Positions 24,653-39,415 of a DNA stretch of 64,000 nucleotides are shown piece after piece. The notes under the pieces are model-generated. The model worked only from the letters and a program-made list of their open reading frames with translations, was not told the origin of the DNA and searched no databases. Each line of letters starts with the position of its first letter. The first letter of the stretch is position 1. The translations under genes and the position numbers were made by a program. The DNA comes from Octopus vulgaris (lineage: Eukaryota): positions 18,228,001 through 18,292,000 of the forward strand of contig OX597832.1 of the NCBI GenBank assembly GCA_951406725.2, written 5' to 3'.

Positions 24653-25397
24653 ATATAAGAACTATATTTAGGAACTATATTTAGATCCGTACTAATAATG
24701 ATTGATCTTTAAATCTAATTTGTTTTCTCTCCCATAGTCTCAAGCTATACCTATATATGTGTATATATACATATATGTATGTGTATACATACATATATGT
24801 ATATATATATACCTATATGTGTGTGTACATACATAAATGTATACATAAATTTGTGTGTGTATACATACATACATACATACATAAATATACATATATTCTA
24901 GGGCACACATACTTACATATATCGATTGATTGATTGATTCGTTGACTCACTGACCAACTGATTGGCTGATTGATTTGGAGTGATTACATTGGCTGGACGA
25001 TAAAAAGAAATCAATAAAAATGACTGCCAAAAATACATACATTCATATATGCATACACAGAAACACACACACGAATACAGCCATACATATATGTGAATAT
25101 GTGTATGTATGTGTGTATGTATGTATGTATGTATGTATGTATGTATGTATAATCACATAAGAAATAATTCTAAATTAAAACTGCGTCAACAATAGACCAA
25201 ATGATACGAGGAAAGAGTCAACAACAAGTAGGTCGATCAATTACTTAAGGGGAAATTACAAAAAGTATGGAAGTCATGTTGGACAATATTAAGATCTCTT
25301 AAGTAAGTGTTTGGAAACAAAATACTTAACCCAGCCACAGATATAAGCAGAGACACGTACACACATACACACATACGCACATACGCACACCCCTATA

Positions 25398-25430
<33 letters not shown>

Positions 25431-25495
25431 CAACCATATATAAATATTTATGTGTATATATATATATACGGTTGATATATATAAATATATATATG

Positions 25496-25559
<64 letters not shown>

Positions 25560-25599
25560 TATACATATAAATATATATACGGTTGATATATATATATAT

Positions 25600-25675
<76 letters not shown>

Positions 25676-26161
25676 GTATGTGAGATTGTTGGTGAGTGCA
25701 CACACAGTGAGTTGCAGAGGAGATAGAAGGAGGAGAGTGAGACTGACGTCGTTATTTGAACTTTGTGCTGTCCGGTACTTCACCAAAGAAAATTGCTCTC
25801 ATCTCTTATTGAATGAAAATCAATTTGACTCAAACGTGAGGTTTTCGTTGAAATTACCATGATGGTGTCACAGAAACATTCCCTTGTTTCTACTTCAGAG
25901 AATTTTGTCTTATAGAATATAAGAACTTCTTTTGTTCTCAGAACGTGATTTGATACATCAGACTTATTCTTAAGAGAGTAGAATTAGATTATATGTGTAT
26001 GTGTGTATGCCTGTATATATGCATGTATGTATGTATGTATGTTTGTATGTATGTATTTATGTATGTATATGTATATGTATTTCTATGATTATACATGTAG
26101 GTGCGTATATGTGTATATAAGAGTGTATCTATACGTATTTATAAGTTAATCTATCTATCTA

Positions 26162-26193
<32 letters not shown>

Positions 26194-26319
26194 CACACAC
26201 ACTTATATATATATACATACATATATATATATACATACATATATATATATGTGTATATATACATACATACATATATATATATAAATATATATGTATATAT
26301 ACATATATACATATATGTA

Positions 26320-26351
<32 letters not shown>

Positions 26352-26810
26352 GAGTTTTTCTATGATATTTATCTTCGTTCCGACTTCTACTACTTCTAAA
26401 GCGCTCTCGTTAACAATGACGTTCATGATGAGTATGTTAATATCAGCGGCGTCGATCTTGGTCAGAAGTTGATACGAAAATTACGATGCTCATAGTGATG
26501 GTAACCATATCATTTACGATACTGTTTTGCGCTTGGTTACTACTTAGTCATTTACTACGTGTTTGCCTGCTTACCGCTTGGTAGTATCTTGATCTGTATT
26601 TCGAATACCACTATTTCCAACGCGCCAGAAAAGGTCTGAAAATTTGGGCTACTCGAAGCCGACTTGATTTTCTAACTATGTAATTTTTTCACTCATATTT
26701 CATTTTACATTTCCTTTCTAAATGAGACATTGCGTAATATATAACGTTATTTATTGATTATTCTCTCATTGTGATAAATGTTTTTCAATGTTACATTGGC
26801 ACATATTTGT

Positions 26811-27198
26811 CCGGGCGAAATGCTTAGCGGTATTTCTTCCGCCGCTGAGTTCTGAGTTCAAATTCCGCCGAGGTCGACTTTGCCTTTCATCCTTTCGGGT
26901 TCGATTAAATAAGTACCACTTACGCACTGGGGTCGATATAATCGATTTAATCCGTTTGTCTGTCCTTGTTTGTCCTCTCTGTGTTTAGCACCTTGTGGGT
27001 AGTAAAGAAATAGGTATTTCGTCCGTCGTTACGTTCCGAGTTCAAATTCTGCCGAGGTCGACTTTGCCTTTCATCATTTTTGGGTCGATAAATAAAGTAC
27101 CAGTTTCGCACTAGGGTCGATTTAATCGACTTAACCCCTTTGTCTGTCCTTGTTTGTCCCCTCTATGTTTAGCCCCTTGTGGGCAGTAAAGAAAAAAA
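26811..27198 (+). mobile_element. tandem dimer of 5'-truncated SINE family C
   Basis: Two successive bodies joined at AAAGAAATAG/GTATTTCG (~27013). Confidence 0.88.
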
Positions 27199-27654
27199 AA
27201 TATATGTATGCAATGAACAGTTTTGCGGAGTTAAATGGCTTTGGTTTTTACTGGCTCTAGTCTTGTAAATGTTATCGTTTTAGCTAGCATCATCAGGACA
27301 TTCGGACGTCACTGGTGATTGCTTACATGATGTAGCAATGTAGGATTGATCGGTTTTGTTCAGTGTCGGAAAATGTTTGATTTTGAACGTAGTTTCTTAT
27401 GACCGAACGACTGTACGATTTCCTGTTTGTGCCAATAATGAGCAACAAAATGTCGAGCTTATATATTTGTTTTGCTTACTTTTGTTAGTCAACGAATCAA
27501 AATGCTTCATTGTTAATACTCTTCTCAATTACTACAACGTTTAAAGTGTTTCAAAATTTTGCAGTTGGCAGGGAAATTGCTTAACACACGGATATCTATT
27601 CTATAAACAATTGAACCTTAGTATAACACGAGTAAAATATAAATTATGGTCATG

Positions 27655-27855
27655 AGCTGACACAAGCGTTAGTGTGCCGGCCAAATCGTTCAGCAGTATG
27701 TCTTCGACTTCACGTTCTTACTTCAAATGATGCCCGAGCTGTCTTTGATATTAATCCTTTCTGGGTCTATAAAATAAATAGTAGTTGGGTACTGGGACCG
27801 ATGTAATCGGATTACTCGTCTTATAAGATTACTGATCTGCCTAAATTTGAAAAAC
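27655..27855 (+). mobile_element. old degenerate SINE family C
   Basis: GAGCTG..CGTTAG..CACGTTCT..TTCAAAT..ATCCTTTCTGGGTC.ATAAAATAA..GATGTAATCG. Confidence 0.55.
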
Positions 27856-28463
27856 AATATGTAAAGAGAAATTGTGTAATATTTTTTTATGTGATCTTTA
27901 CATATAAGCTAGGAAGTAGGCAAGATGTTAAAATTTCGCTGTAGTCATATTGCGTTTTGATCTGTCTGGAATCAGTAAAAGTTAACAATCCACGAGATGG
28001 ATTAACGGAAGTAAATGGAGACGAACACCAAAGTTTCCATGCAATAGGCTCGATAATTGTTGAAGCTACCATGAAACCAATGGTAGCCTTAATACACAAA
28101 CAAAATAAACGTGTGTGTATTCAACACTGCCACTTAGCAGTACTATAAAATAGTACTGGTATCCGTAGGTTGAACTAAAATCCGAAAAAGCAGTGCCCCA
28201 GCATGGCTGCTATCCAGATACTGAAACAAATAATGAAATAAAAGAATATTTTTCTTGTCCACAGCAAACTAACTTTGGAGTTTACAGATTCCCTCTGAAC
28301 ACATAAATCTCGAAGTTCTAATTTATAAACAAATTTTATTTGTTTATAAAGTATAAAATTGTTAATTGTTATATTGTAAACAACATATGTACTCATATAT
28401 ACGTATGGACATTTGCAATTTTCCATAGAACATACAAAGATAAACGCATGCACAAAAACTTAC

Positions 28464-28506
<43 letters not shown>

Positions 28507-28701
28507 TACAGTTGTGGCAATATGGGATAGGTAAAGAGTGTATGATGTCATTGAATTAATAAATATATATCTATATATCTACCAATCTCTCTCTTCCTCT
28601 CTCTCTATACATATATGCATGTATGTGTGAGCCCGTGCGTGTGTGGCCATACACACATGTATATATATATATATACATATATATATGTATATATATATAT
28701 A

Positions 28702-28759
<58 letters not shown>

Positions 28760-29699
28760 TACATGCATATATAAATATACATGCATATATATATATATAT
28801 ATGATTATAGATACGTGTGTATAGCTGTATGTATATGATTATGTATTAACTGAACTAACTTGCTATATAAACAAAATAAATAATAACTAATCTTACATAA
28901 ATATATGACATTGCATAACACATATCTATAGAAGCGAGAACAATCATCACAGGAACAACGGCAACTTCAAAAATAACATAAATAACGGAAGTCAGCTCAT
29001 AACAATACGTAACAAAAGAAATCAATACCAACAGAAAATATCACAATAGGCACAAAACATAAGAATAATGGATAAACGAAACTTATGAAACGTAAGACTT
29101 GTTTAGTAGTGTGATAAATAAATATATAGAGCAGCTGCGCAAGCAACAAAATGCAACTTGTAGCAGCACATTTTGGAAGTATCAATACCATCTTTTGTTT
29201 TAGAAGAATCAGATTTCACGAAAGGTATCATTAATTGATGAAGACGTATATATATATATTTTTGACACTACGGTGATGATGTGACGCGTGGGCTCTTCCG
29301 ATGATGGAGAGAAAGAATGATGGGGGTGTTTCTATGTGTGAGAGAGAAAAGAAACAGGCAAAGATGGAGAGAGGAATAGAGTTCGGTGTGTAATATGATG
29401 CGGAGAATTTGAGAGAAATAAGAAAATATATGACATAAATATAAAGAAAATAAAAATAATATCTCGTGATGACGAATGATATAATCAACGCCAACGTAAT
29501 TTTTCTTTCAATCTATATTGTGGTCTCTATGACAATTCCCTATTCCAGTTATCTACGGATGTCTATATCTCGCACTTTGTGTCCTATACATACCTGCATA
29601 CATACATACATACATACATACATACATACATACATACATACATACATAAATACATACATACATACATACATACATACATACATACATACATACATACAC

Positions 29700-29730
<31 letters not shown>

Positions 29731-29810
29731 TGTAGTCGCCATGATAAATCAGTAGCCCCTACACACATTTTTTTCTCTTCTTGTTTCTCTCCTTGCTTTC
29801 TTCTGTGTCC

Positions 29811-29846
29811 CTTTCTGTAGAAGAGCGTAGGCTCGAAACGTAAAAG
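29811..29846 (+). ncRNA. minimal hammerhead-like motif (A6U variant) in a short element ending at (TA)n
   Basis: CTTT-CTGTAGA-A-GAGC-gtag-GCTC-GAAA-CG-TA-AAAG: perfect stems I and II, palindromic ACGT stem III, GUA triplet; downstream CCTGAGCGT shared with the 36.4-kb element. Confidence 0.6.
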
Positions 29847-30053
29847 ACTTTTTCTAATCCTGAGCGTTATATTAATACATTTGTTTGTTTTGTACACCAC
29901 CTATCTTCGTCTACTGTTTTTTTTCGTAAATTCTCCCTATATATATATATATGGTGCTGGGTGTATCTTCGAGTGAAATGCCTAGTAAATGTTTCATAGT
30001 CCCAGTCTTGGATCCCTGTCAACTAGATTCCAAAATCATGTACGTCAACTATT

Positions 30054-30116
<63 letters not shown>

Positions 30117-30215
30117 TATGTATATGTATGATAAATATATATGAATATATACACACACACAAATAAAAATAAATACACACACTATTATATATATATATAT
30201 ATACATATAGATATA

Positions 30216-30266
<51 letters not shown>

Positions 30267-30268
<2 letters not shown>

Positions 30269-30600
30269 CATTGAAGTGGGAATGAGTGACACTTCAGTAA
30301 ATAATAATATTTTATAGGTTTAAAGCTTATAAGTGACCATTGTGTATTGACTAAAAAAATACTCTAATATTGGGGCATAGAAGCCCCTCGACAGAAAAAC
30401 ATTATGGGATTTCCTTATGCTTAGTACTCGAACCCACATCTCTTATTTTCACGATAATGTGCTAGCCATTACGCCAATGTCCGCACTCATTTCTTACCGT
30501 TAGATTTTAGAACTAAAATTTCTTAGCCTTGTTGTTTTCGCAAACAAACGTGTATTCCAAAAATGGTGACGAGTGACAATTCGCAAAATAATAATATTTA
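30267..30600 (-). mobile_element. decayed tRNA-headed element between (TA)n tracts with HHR-like hairpin
   Basis: Minus strand head GCGGACATTGGCGTAATGGCTAGC..GGGTTCGAGT (30484-30424), then CTGTCGA-GGGGC-ttctat-GCCCC (30394-30372); ~30-bp direct repeat at 30284 and 30571. Confidence 0.55.
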
Positions 30601-32367
30601 TATATGTATATCTCTCTACAAAGATAGATAGATATATAGATAGTGTTCGCATTAATAGCTAAGTAAGTAAGAAGCTCGCTTCCCCTAGAGAATGGCTCAG
30701 TTTCGACCCCGCTACATGTTCCACTGGGGAAACGTAATTTTTACAGCTTCAAATATTTTTTAAACAGTGCAGAAATAGCTCAAACCCACAATTTTAAGGC
30801 ACACTGATACAGTGCAAATATGATATTAGCCACGGGTTCTCTAATCTTCATTGTATGCTCATATCTCCCTGATATTACTGATATGAAATATCTTAGAACT
30901 CGCGCGCTATATTTATAGAATGTTGCATTCGTATCAGCAAGAGAGCATGATTTTCAATAGGATGACTACGGTAAGACAATCTCAGTAAGACTATAAGGTG
31001 CGTTCGGAAGAGATAAGTGAGAGACAAAGGAATGCGAGAAAGAGAGAAAAAGAGGATGGAGAATGAGAAAGAAAAAGAAGTGAGAGAGAGGGAAAGAGAA
31101 AGAGAAGTTAGGTCGAGAGAATGAGATAGAGGTAGAAACTGAAACGAGAGAGAACGAAGGAGAAGGGAGGACACCAGTGGTTATATCCAGTTTTGTTCTT
31201 AACATAGAGGTCGAAACTATGTGTACGCACATACGCAAAGCCCTCTAATACTAGTTTACTAGTTTACAAAACATTAAACACTAATTAGTAACAAGTGTCT
31301 ATGTGTGCATATATATGCATGCTCACACGTATACATACATTAATTTTGAATCACCAAACTACTTCTATATTAGTATACGTTTATTTGATTTAGTTTCCCT
31401 TATATTACAGTTATCTTCAAATTATATTTTTGAAACCTTATTTTAAAATTTCCTTCAGTGCATTCATTCATGTGTTATTTTCGTTCCTTCTTTATCTATT
31501 TTTATTCCATTCCCATAGATTTATTGGTGAGTGTGTAAGTATCTTTTTCATTCTTTTTTCATTATTACACTACAATCATAAACCACATTTACTTTCACTT
31601 TCAATCTCCTGATATGTCTATCTCATCCTTGTATTGCTGACGTCATATTTCCACCAGAAATACATAAACAGCCAATCAACAACCAATAACCCGACAAACC
31701 AGCCAACCAACCAATCAATCAAAGAAACAAACAAACACACCAACTACCAACCAAATAACCAACATCACTGATTCGAAGAAGGGACGTACTGCCGTTTATA
31801 TATATATATCACATACTTATAAAAGCGCAAAGTGAACTCTTTAAAAACATCTTTCACTATGTGTTATTTTGTAAGATGTATTCATTTGATAATGTATCTT
31901 TCAATAAGCACCACGTACTAATTACATCTGTGACACACTTTCGAATTATATAGACGTACACTGACATACTCACATACTTCTTTCCATGTCTAGAATACCA
32001 TATGTAGAGCCATATCATAATATACTTCATGGGGTTTAAACGTGACATCTGTTACTTTTTGTTCTCCACGCAGCACAATCTGCTCCATGGTTGATATGAA
32101 TTATATTGTAAAATAAAGAAAACATACTCCTAATTTTGCTGTGTGGAATATAATTTGAATGACTATGGTATTTAGTTATGAAAGACTTTTCCATTTCGAG
32201 CTTACTTGGAATAGAAAAAGAAAATGGAAAACAACAGCTACAAAATTAGAAGTGACAAGAAAACAGACATGACCAGTGATGACAAGAGCAGTATTGACTT
32301 CAGATTTTGGCAGAAATGCAGTGATTTCAGGGAAAGAGATAACACAATTACATGTTATTTACAGGTA

Positions 32368-33050
32368 TAAGGTGGAGAGCTGGCCGAATCCCTATCGCAC
32401 CAGGCGAAATGCTGAACGGTATTTCGTCTATCTTTATGTTCCAAGTTCAAATTCCGCCGAGGTCGACTTTGCCTTTCATCCTTTCGGGGTCGATAAATTA
32501 AGTACCAGTTTCGCACTGAGGTCGATGTTATCGACTTAATCCCTTTGCCTGTCCTTGTTTGTCCCCTCTATGTTTAGCCCCTTGTGGGTAATAAAGAAAC
32601 AAGATAACACGATTACATTCAGCCCAGTGTTCAACTGGTACTAATTTTATCGACAGCGAAATGGTAAAAAGCAAAATCGATCTCGCCAGAATTCGAACGC
32701 AGATTGTTAAGTCGGACGATATACGGTTAAGTAATTTTGCAAGAAATGCTATCGCTGCTGCCATCTTAGAAAAGAAGACCAATATTAAAATGGATATATA
32801 TATAAAATGGGCAAGAATGAATACAGTACCAACTAATGCAACCACAATACTAATATTCATTTCTACTAAAAGTACAAGGCCTGAAATGTTGAGGAAAAGT
32901 GACAGACGATTACAGCGACCCCAGTGTTCAACTGGTACTTATTTCATAGACCCCGAAATGATGAAATGTAGATTCGACTTTGGCGGAATTTGAACTAAGT
33001 ACGTAAACATGTTGTCCGGTGTGCTAACGATTCTTCTACATCGCCGCCTT
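32368..33050. mobile_element. cluster of three SINE family C copies (+ 32368-32600; - 32610-32765; - 32860-33050)
   Basis: Family C motifs in both orientations; the minus copies are degenerate. Confidence 0.78.
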
Positions 33051-33185
33051 AGTTCGAATACTGAAAATAATACTATAGGCTGTACTTCTGACATTCCAGC
33101 TCCCTCTGTTTCTACTGCTGCATTAATTTGGGTAAAATTTTGTTAGAATATAGGAATCAGTGAATTTATATATATTCACAAATAT

Positions 33186-33216
<31 letters not shown>

Positions 33217-34361
33217 ACACATATATATATATATATTGTAAAAATTTAATGGATTAAAATTTTAATGGAATAGACCAAAGAAAGAACAACCTTATAGGAA
33301 TGAGACCCTACGTGGTCATTAGACCTATGCAATATGGCAGCCAAATCTATGTTTCGTTAAATATAACGTGCGCTCATTGAAGTACGTCGCATATCAGCTC
33401 TGGGTTTCGTATTAAGTCCCTAATTATCTAACCCTACCCGTTCTCTCCTTGTTGGTTTTTGGCCGATTTTCGGGTTGCTCGTTCAAATTCGCGGTCTTTC
33501 TTTTGCACTCCTACGTTGGTCACGTTGACTTTGTTAATCACTTTTTCCTGCTTACTAAACAGACCCTAAACTATCAAACGCATTATATGCTCAACAATAA
33601 TAGCAATGTTGAAATTGGTAATGGCAGTAGTGGCCACTACGATAAAAACGATGAAAGCTATATAAATCAATAACTACAAAAACAATAATAGAAGTAACAA
33701 CAATAGCAGGAACGACAACAGTATATACTGAGGGACAACAGTAACTTAAACAAGCGAATATAAACAACAGAAGGGTTAGCTACACGTAACATAGAAGAAA
33801 GGGAAGATAACTATTGATGAGAATGGTACAAGATGATGAAACAACAATGATTCGCAGTCATTCATGAAGATGATCGCCATTGCAACGGTGGTGGTAGCGA
33901 TGACAGTGGTGGTAGTGGTGGTGAGGGATTCTGGTCTTCTTTGTTATAAGGGAATGAAAAGTGATGGATAGCAGATAAGATGATACGCGATAATGTGAGG
34001 TGATATGTTATGACAGATGTGAGATATAAAGTGATGTTGAGAAATACAGTGAGAGAAGCGGATAACGTATATGAAAATTAGATATTATATTACAGAACAA
34101 TTGTATTGAGTACCTTGTGTTGAACAAGAATGGTGCTATACAATCGTAATTATAGGACCTCTTATTATGACATTCTATTATACAATCTGCCATAACCTAA
34201 TGTTCAGTAGGACATGCGGCGTAAGTTAATAACAGTTCCTTGTTTGTGGAAGGTCGATCTATGAGGATTATATGTGACAACATTCATGTTTAATTTTCAC
34301 GATGTATGCAACGAAAGTGTCCTTGGCATATATATAAACACACGCACACGACGCATATGTA

Positions 34362-34428
<67 letters not shown>

Positions 34429-36408
34429 GTATATATATATATATGTATATTTATACACACATATATATATATGTGTGTGTGTGTGCGTATGTGTGTGAGT
34501 GTGTGTGCGCGTGTGTGTGTGAGTGTGTGTGTGAGTATGTTCTACGTTTGTATTCGTGTGTATATTACCCTATGTTTGTGTGTTGAAAGTAACAAAATCG
34601 TACTCTTATTCACCAAATGTAGCATACCAGAGAAGGATTCAGGTAATGAAAGTGTAGCAAAGCAAACAGGCTGAGCCCCAGCATGGCCGCAAATCTCAGA
34701 CTGAAACTAGTCAAAAGAAAAGAGATGAATGCCTACATTTCATACTCACACACATAAACACATATAGAAGCGCACACAGACACAAACACACACGCACACA
34801 AACATATCTAGATTACATATTTATGATGAAAATGTGTCCGTTTAGCACAGAAAGTGTTACTTAATATACATAATATATATATATATATGCCATACTATTC
34901 TTGATGATTTTTACCCATTTTAAAAATGACTGAGATGTGATTGTGAAAAAAAAGTCAATAACATTTTTGAATGTATCTTCTTATACTATACCTGAAAATG
35001 ACCTGTAAATAAATTAACCGTTATCATTGTTTCTCAGTGTATTTTGAACAGGGTCTTATGATGTCCTGTTGAACTACCGTGAGGTATTTACCAAGAATAC
35101 GTATTGTTGAAATGCCTCCCAGCTGTGAATATGACATCCGTTTTATTTTCAGCAATGTATCTACATATAAATTTTTGTTATACTTGGATATGTTGTATTT
35201 GACGTATTTAATGGAAATTTCTTGCTGGGGGAATGCCTATCCAGAGGTGATCTCATTTGCTCACGTCCATCATTTAATAAGTAATATTGATGCCAATAAA
35301 TATTTGTTGAAGCAGACCAACTATCGAAACGTAAGGCTTTTAATAAGCAACATATGAAATACTACACAGAACAATGATGGCATTTAATTTGAAGTAGATT
35401 TAGCTATTATTTCAAGCTGATTCAACGACCACAGTGAAACTAGCTGAGAAGCCGGCCTTCATAAAACTATATGAAATGAACCCGTTCGAATCAAAAAAAT
35501 ATCAAGACAGACTGCTAATGTCTGTTTCATAATATTGCTATTTGACACAATCCAGAGAAGAATTTCCCGCTTGTATTACGAACCCTCAGAATGTTTATGA
35601 TGAATGTCATAATACTTAACACTAACGTATATTTTATCACATTTTTTATCCTTAAATACGGTAAATGCAAAGAATAAGAATGCGAGAGCAAGAAAGAAAT
35701 TGAAAGAATATGAATTAAATTTAATGTAACCGGTAAGATCAATTCATATGGAACAGAAAATGCATTACTCAACAAAACTTGCATTAGTAAAATTCTGTTG
35801 CAAATATTCTCTAAAGATAATAATAATAATGAAGGATTCATTACGCCAAAGTTTTGAGGATTATTTTTTACATACTTACACAAGGTTAAAAGCCATATGT
35901 TCTTTCAGTAAGTTTGTGGAAATATTTTGCTAGAATGTTAAAATTTTGTAAGAAAAGTCTAGCTGAAAATTTATTTCTTTGGGTTATGATAATTATCATT
36001 AAAATGGAGTCACGCATACACACACACACACACATAGAGGACAACACACACAAACGTATGCATATACTCACCTATATACCGGTATGTATATATGTGCATG
36101 TGTGTGTATGTGTGAGTACGCGTGTGTGTGCATGTGCGTGTGAGAGTGTGTTTATATGTATGTATATATATATATGTAGAGAGAGAGAGAGAGAGAGAGA
36201 AAGAGAAAGAGAGAAATAGAGAAAGAGAGGGAGTTAAAGGCATATATATGTATGTATCATATATATGCATATTTGTATGTATATATATATATATATATAT
36301 GTATAAAGTTAATCCAAACATGAAAACACAAAGAGAAAACACAACAACGCGAGGATGTGGAACAAGTATAGTATTATTGGACGCTCAGGAAAGAAGGAAA
36401 GAAGGAGG

Positions 36409-36443
36409 GTTTAACGTTTCGGGCGGAGCTCTTCGTCAGAAAC
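36409..36443 (-). ncRNA. minimal type I hammerhead ribozyme, intact core
   Basis: Minus strand GTTT-CTGACGA-A-GAGC-tcc-GCCC-GAAA-CG-TT-AAAC; palindromic AACGTT stem III; ~105-nt tail to (TA)n near 36300. Confidence 0.75.
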
Positions 36444-36541
36444 ATAGGAAAAGGAAAGATCCAAAGAAGGGAAGACGGAGGAAAAGATTGACAACGGTAC
36501 ACACGCGCTCACAATGTGTGTGTGTGTATGTGTATATGTAC

Positions 36542-36626
<85 letters not shown>

Positions 36627-37435
36627 TGTGTGTATGTAATGTGATAAACAAGAAGTAAATGGAGAATATAGAGATATAAATCAATTTATTACACATATTT
36701 AAACAAAAAATGCCCACATTTTTACTCAAAGTTAATAACAAATTTAGAAATAAGATAAATTAACATACAAATAGAAATAAAACGAGGAACATTTATGTAT
36801 ACGTATATTTGTGATTAAGACACTTTGCTCTCCCTCTGTCTTTATCTTTTTCTCTATCTCTTTCTCTCTCTTTCTTATTCCCTATTTCTGTACCTGCCAT
36901 CCTAATGTAATGAGAACTACATGTTTACATGCAATTTTATGTATATAATTTCAGCCTATTGGAAATGCCTGTCACTACAAATACGACATCAATAATGAAA
37001 CAAAGCCTTTAATTACAAATATATATAAAAACAGACTGTGGAAAAATAATCATATAAAGATACTTGCAGTAAAAGAAAATAAACGATTCCAGCCAATGCT
37101 AGGATGTTCTTGTTTTAACATTTACATATTTTATTTATATATAATCTGACTATAAAAATATATGATGAACGTATACTGGATAAATGGTAGACGGAGTAAA
37201 TCGCTAAGAGATCACGGAAAATAAAGAAGAATTCATATTGTTCCTTATCTAATCATATTGACTGGAGGCCTGTTCAATTATGTATGCTCGTAGTCTGGCG
37301 AGAACGTCGTATGTATGTATGTATGTACGTATGCATGCATATATGTATCTATGTGTGTATATATATGCATATATGTATATTAATATGCATATGCATATAT
37401 TTATATATATATATGTATGTATATATATATATATG

Positions 37436-37508
<73 letters not shown>

Positions 37509-38675
37509 GCATATATACACATGTAGAAAGATACGTTTGCAAACATTTTTTATACGTGTGTGCATGTTTGTCACTGTATGTAGGTACTTATGTGAATTAT
37601 CTCTATACAATTCTGCGCGTGTATGCTCATATGCACACGAGCTTTCAAACTTATTAATGAAACATACGATGTATAATGATACGTAAGAAATAGCAAACAA
37701 AAACGCAAAGCAACTAAACAAAAAAATACATAAGCAAAAATGTCTCTTAGAATTTCGTCATCAATTCTTTGTTTACATTCAGCAATATTTCCGTCTTTAA
37801 TTAGATAATAGAGTTTCCTGTGTTTATTTACTATTCGTATCTCACGAAATTACACTAATATTACAGTAAGTCGATTTGAGAGAATCGCTAGATATACCAT
37901 TGCCATTGGAATTAACAAAATTCCATACTATATAGAAATCTTAGTTCTACTAGGGTATCTATTAAATTGGCTTCAGATTTGGACATTAGGCCACTTGGTG
38001 TGGTCAGTAAATACTATAGAAACCAGTACTTTATTGACCCAGGTTTAATTTGAACTGAGAATTTAAAGAGCCCGAATAAATAACCATAAAGCATTTTTTC
38101 GAGGTTTTATAGGTTCTGTTTGTTCACTGCCATTAGTTTGTTTAACAAAATCTTGACGCGTCATTCATAATATCTTTTTGCAACTAAACAGTTTTATCTT
38201 CAGTTCGGAACCGCTTGTTGGAGAATTAGGTAGATATATTCTCCCCTCGTCTTTGAATAAACAATATGTTGTGAAATTAATCTCAGGGAATGAAGCAGGG
38301 AATGAACCAAAACAGCTAGTCAAGTTAACACATTCGTAGGTAATAGTTTTCACCCATCACCTGTTGATAAACTATTACATCAACTTTGGATAGAATTAGG
38401 TAATAATATACACTCAGCTGTAATCATTCGATCTATCTCATGCGTCGAAAGATATTGTCCCGTCTCTTTTTTTACCAGAACCGAAGGAGCGAGCAAGTTG
38501 ATGTAAAAAAGCTGAAAAGGCACAGAAGCGTCAAAAAATGCCCATCATATTTTCTAATGAATACACCATAAATTTCATTGTTTCAGTCAGTTCAATACGA
38601 CCACGCTGGAGCACATAATTTAATCGAAGGAATCGAAAGAGTGACTTACCATTTGTAAGCCTAGTATTTATATAT

Positions 38676-38757
<82 letters not shown>

Positions 38758-38811
38758 CATACACCTATATATACATATATATGTATATATATATATATGT
38801 ATATATATATA

Positions 38812-38853
<42 letters not shown>

Positions 38854-38879
38854 TATGCATATATATATGTTTTGTGTAT

Positions 38880-39105
38880 CTATGTGTGTGTCTTTGTGTC
38901 TGTGATTGTCCCTCCATCACCTCTTGACAACAGACGCTGATGTGCTTACTTTTCCCGTAAATCAGCTGTTCGGTAAAGAGACGGATAAAACAAGTATTTG
39001 GCTTTAAAAATATCTAAGGGTTGATTTGTTAGACGAAAATTCTTGAAGACGACGTTCCATTATGGCCACAATCAAGTGACTGAACCAAGGAAACGAATAA
39101 AAGAA
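38880..39105 (+). mobile_element. degenerate SINE family A 3' half
   Basis: CTTGACAAC.GA.GCTG..GTTCGGTAAAGAGAC..ATGGCCACA..TGACTGAA. Confidence 0.7.
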
Positions 39106-39349
39106 TATATATATAAAGAATATATATATAAATTTCTTCAGGCTGTGAAGATCTTTTATCTCACTCTGAAAAAATAATTTTTATATTTTCACATGCTTTT
39201 ATATGACCTACGTTGAACTCCTTATTCGCGTAATCACCGAACCTGGAGCTTAACTATGGACGATCCATAGCACTTACTCAGCATTACCTGACACTATTAC
39301 CTCTCATAACCTCTGTCTTTCTCTCTCTGTCACTCTCTCTCTCTCACTC

Positions 39350-39415
<66 letters not shown>

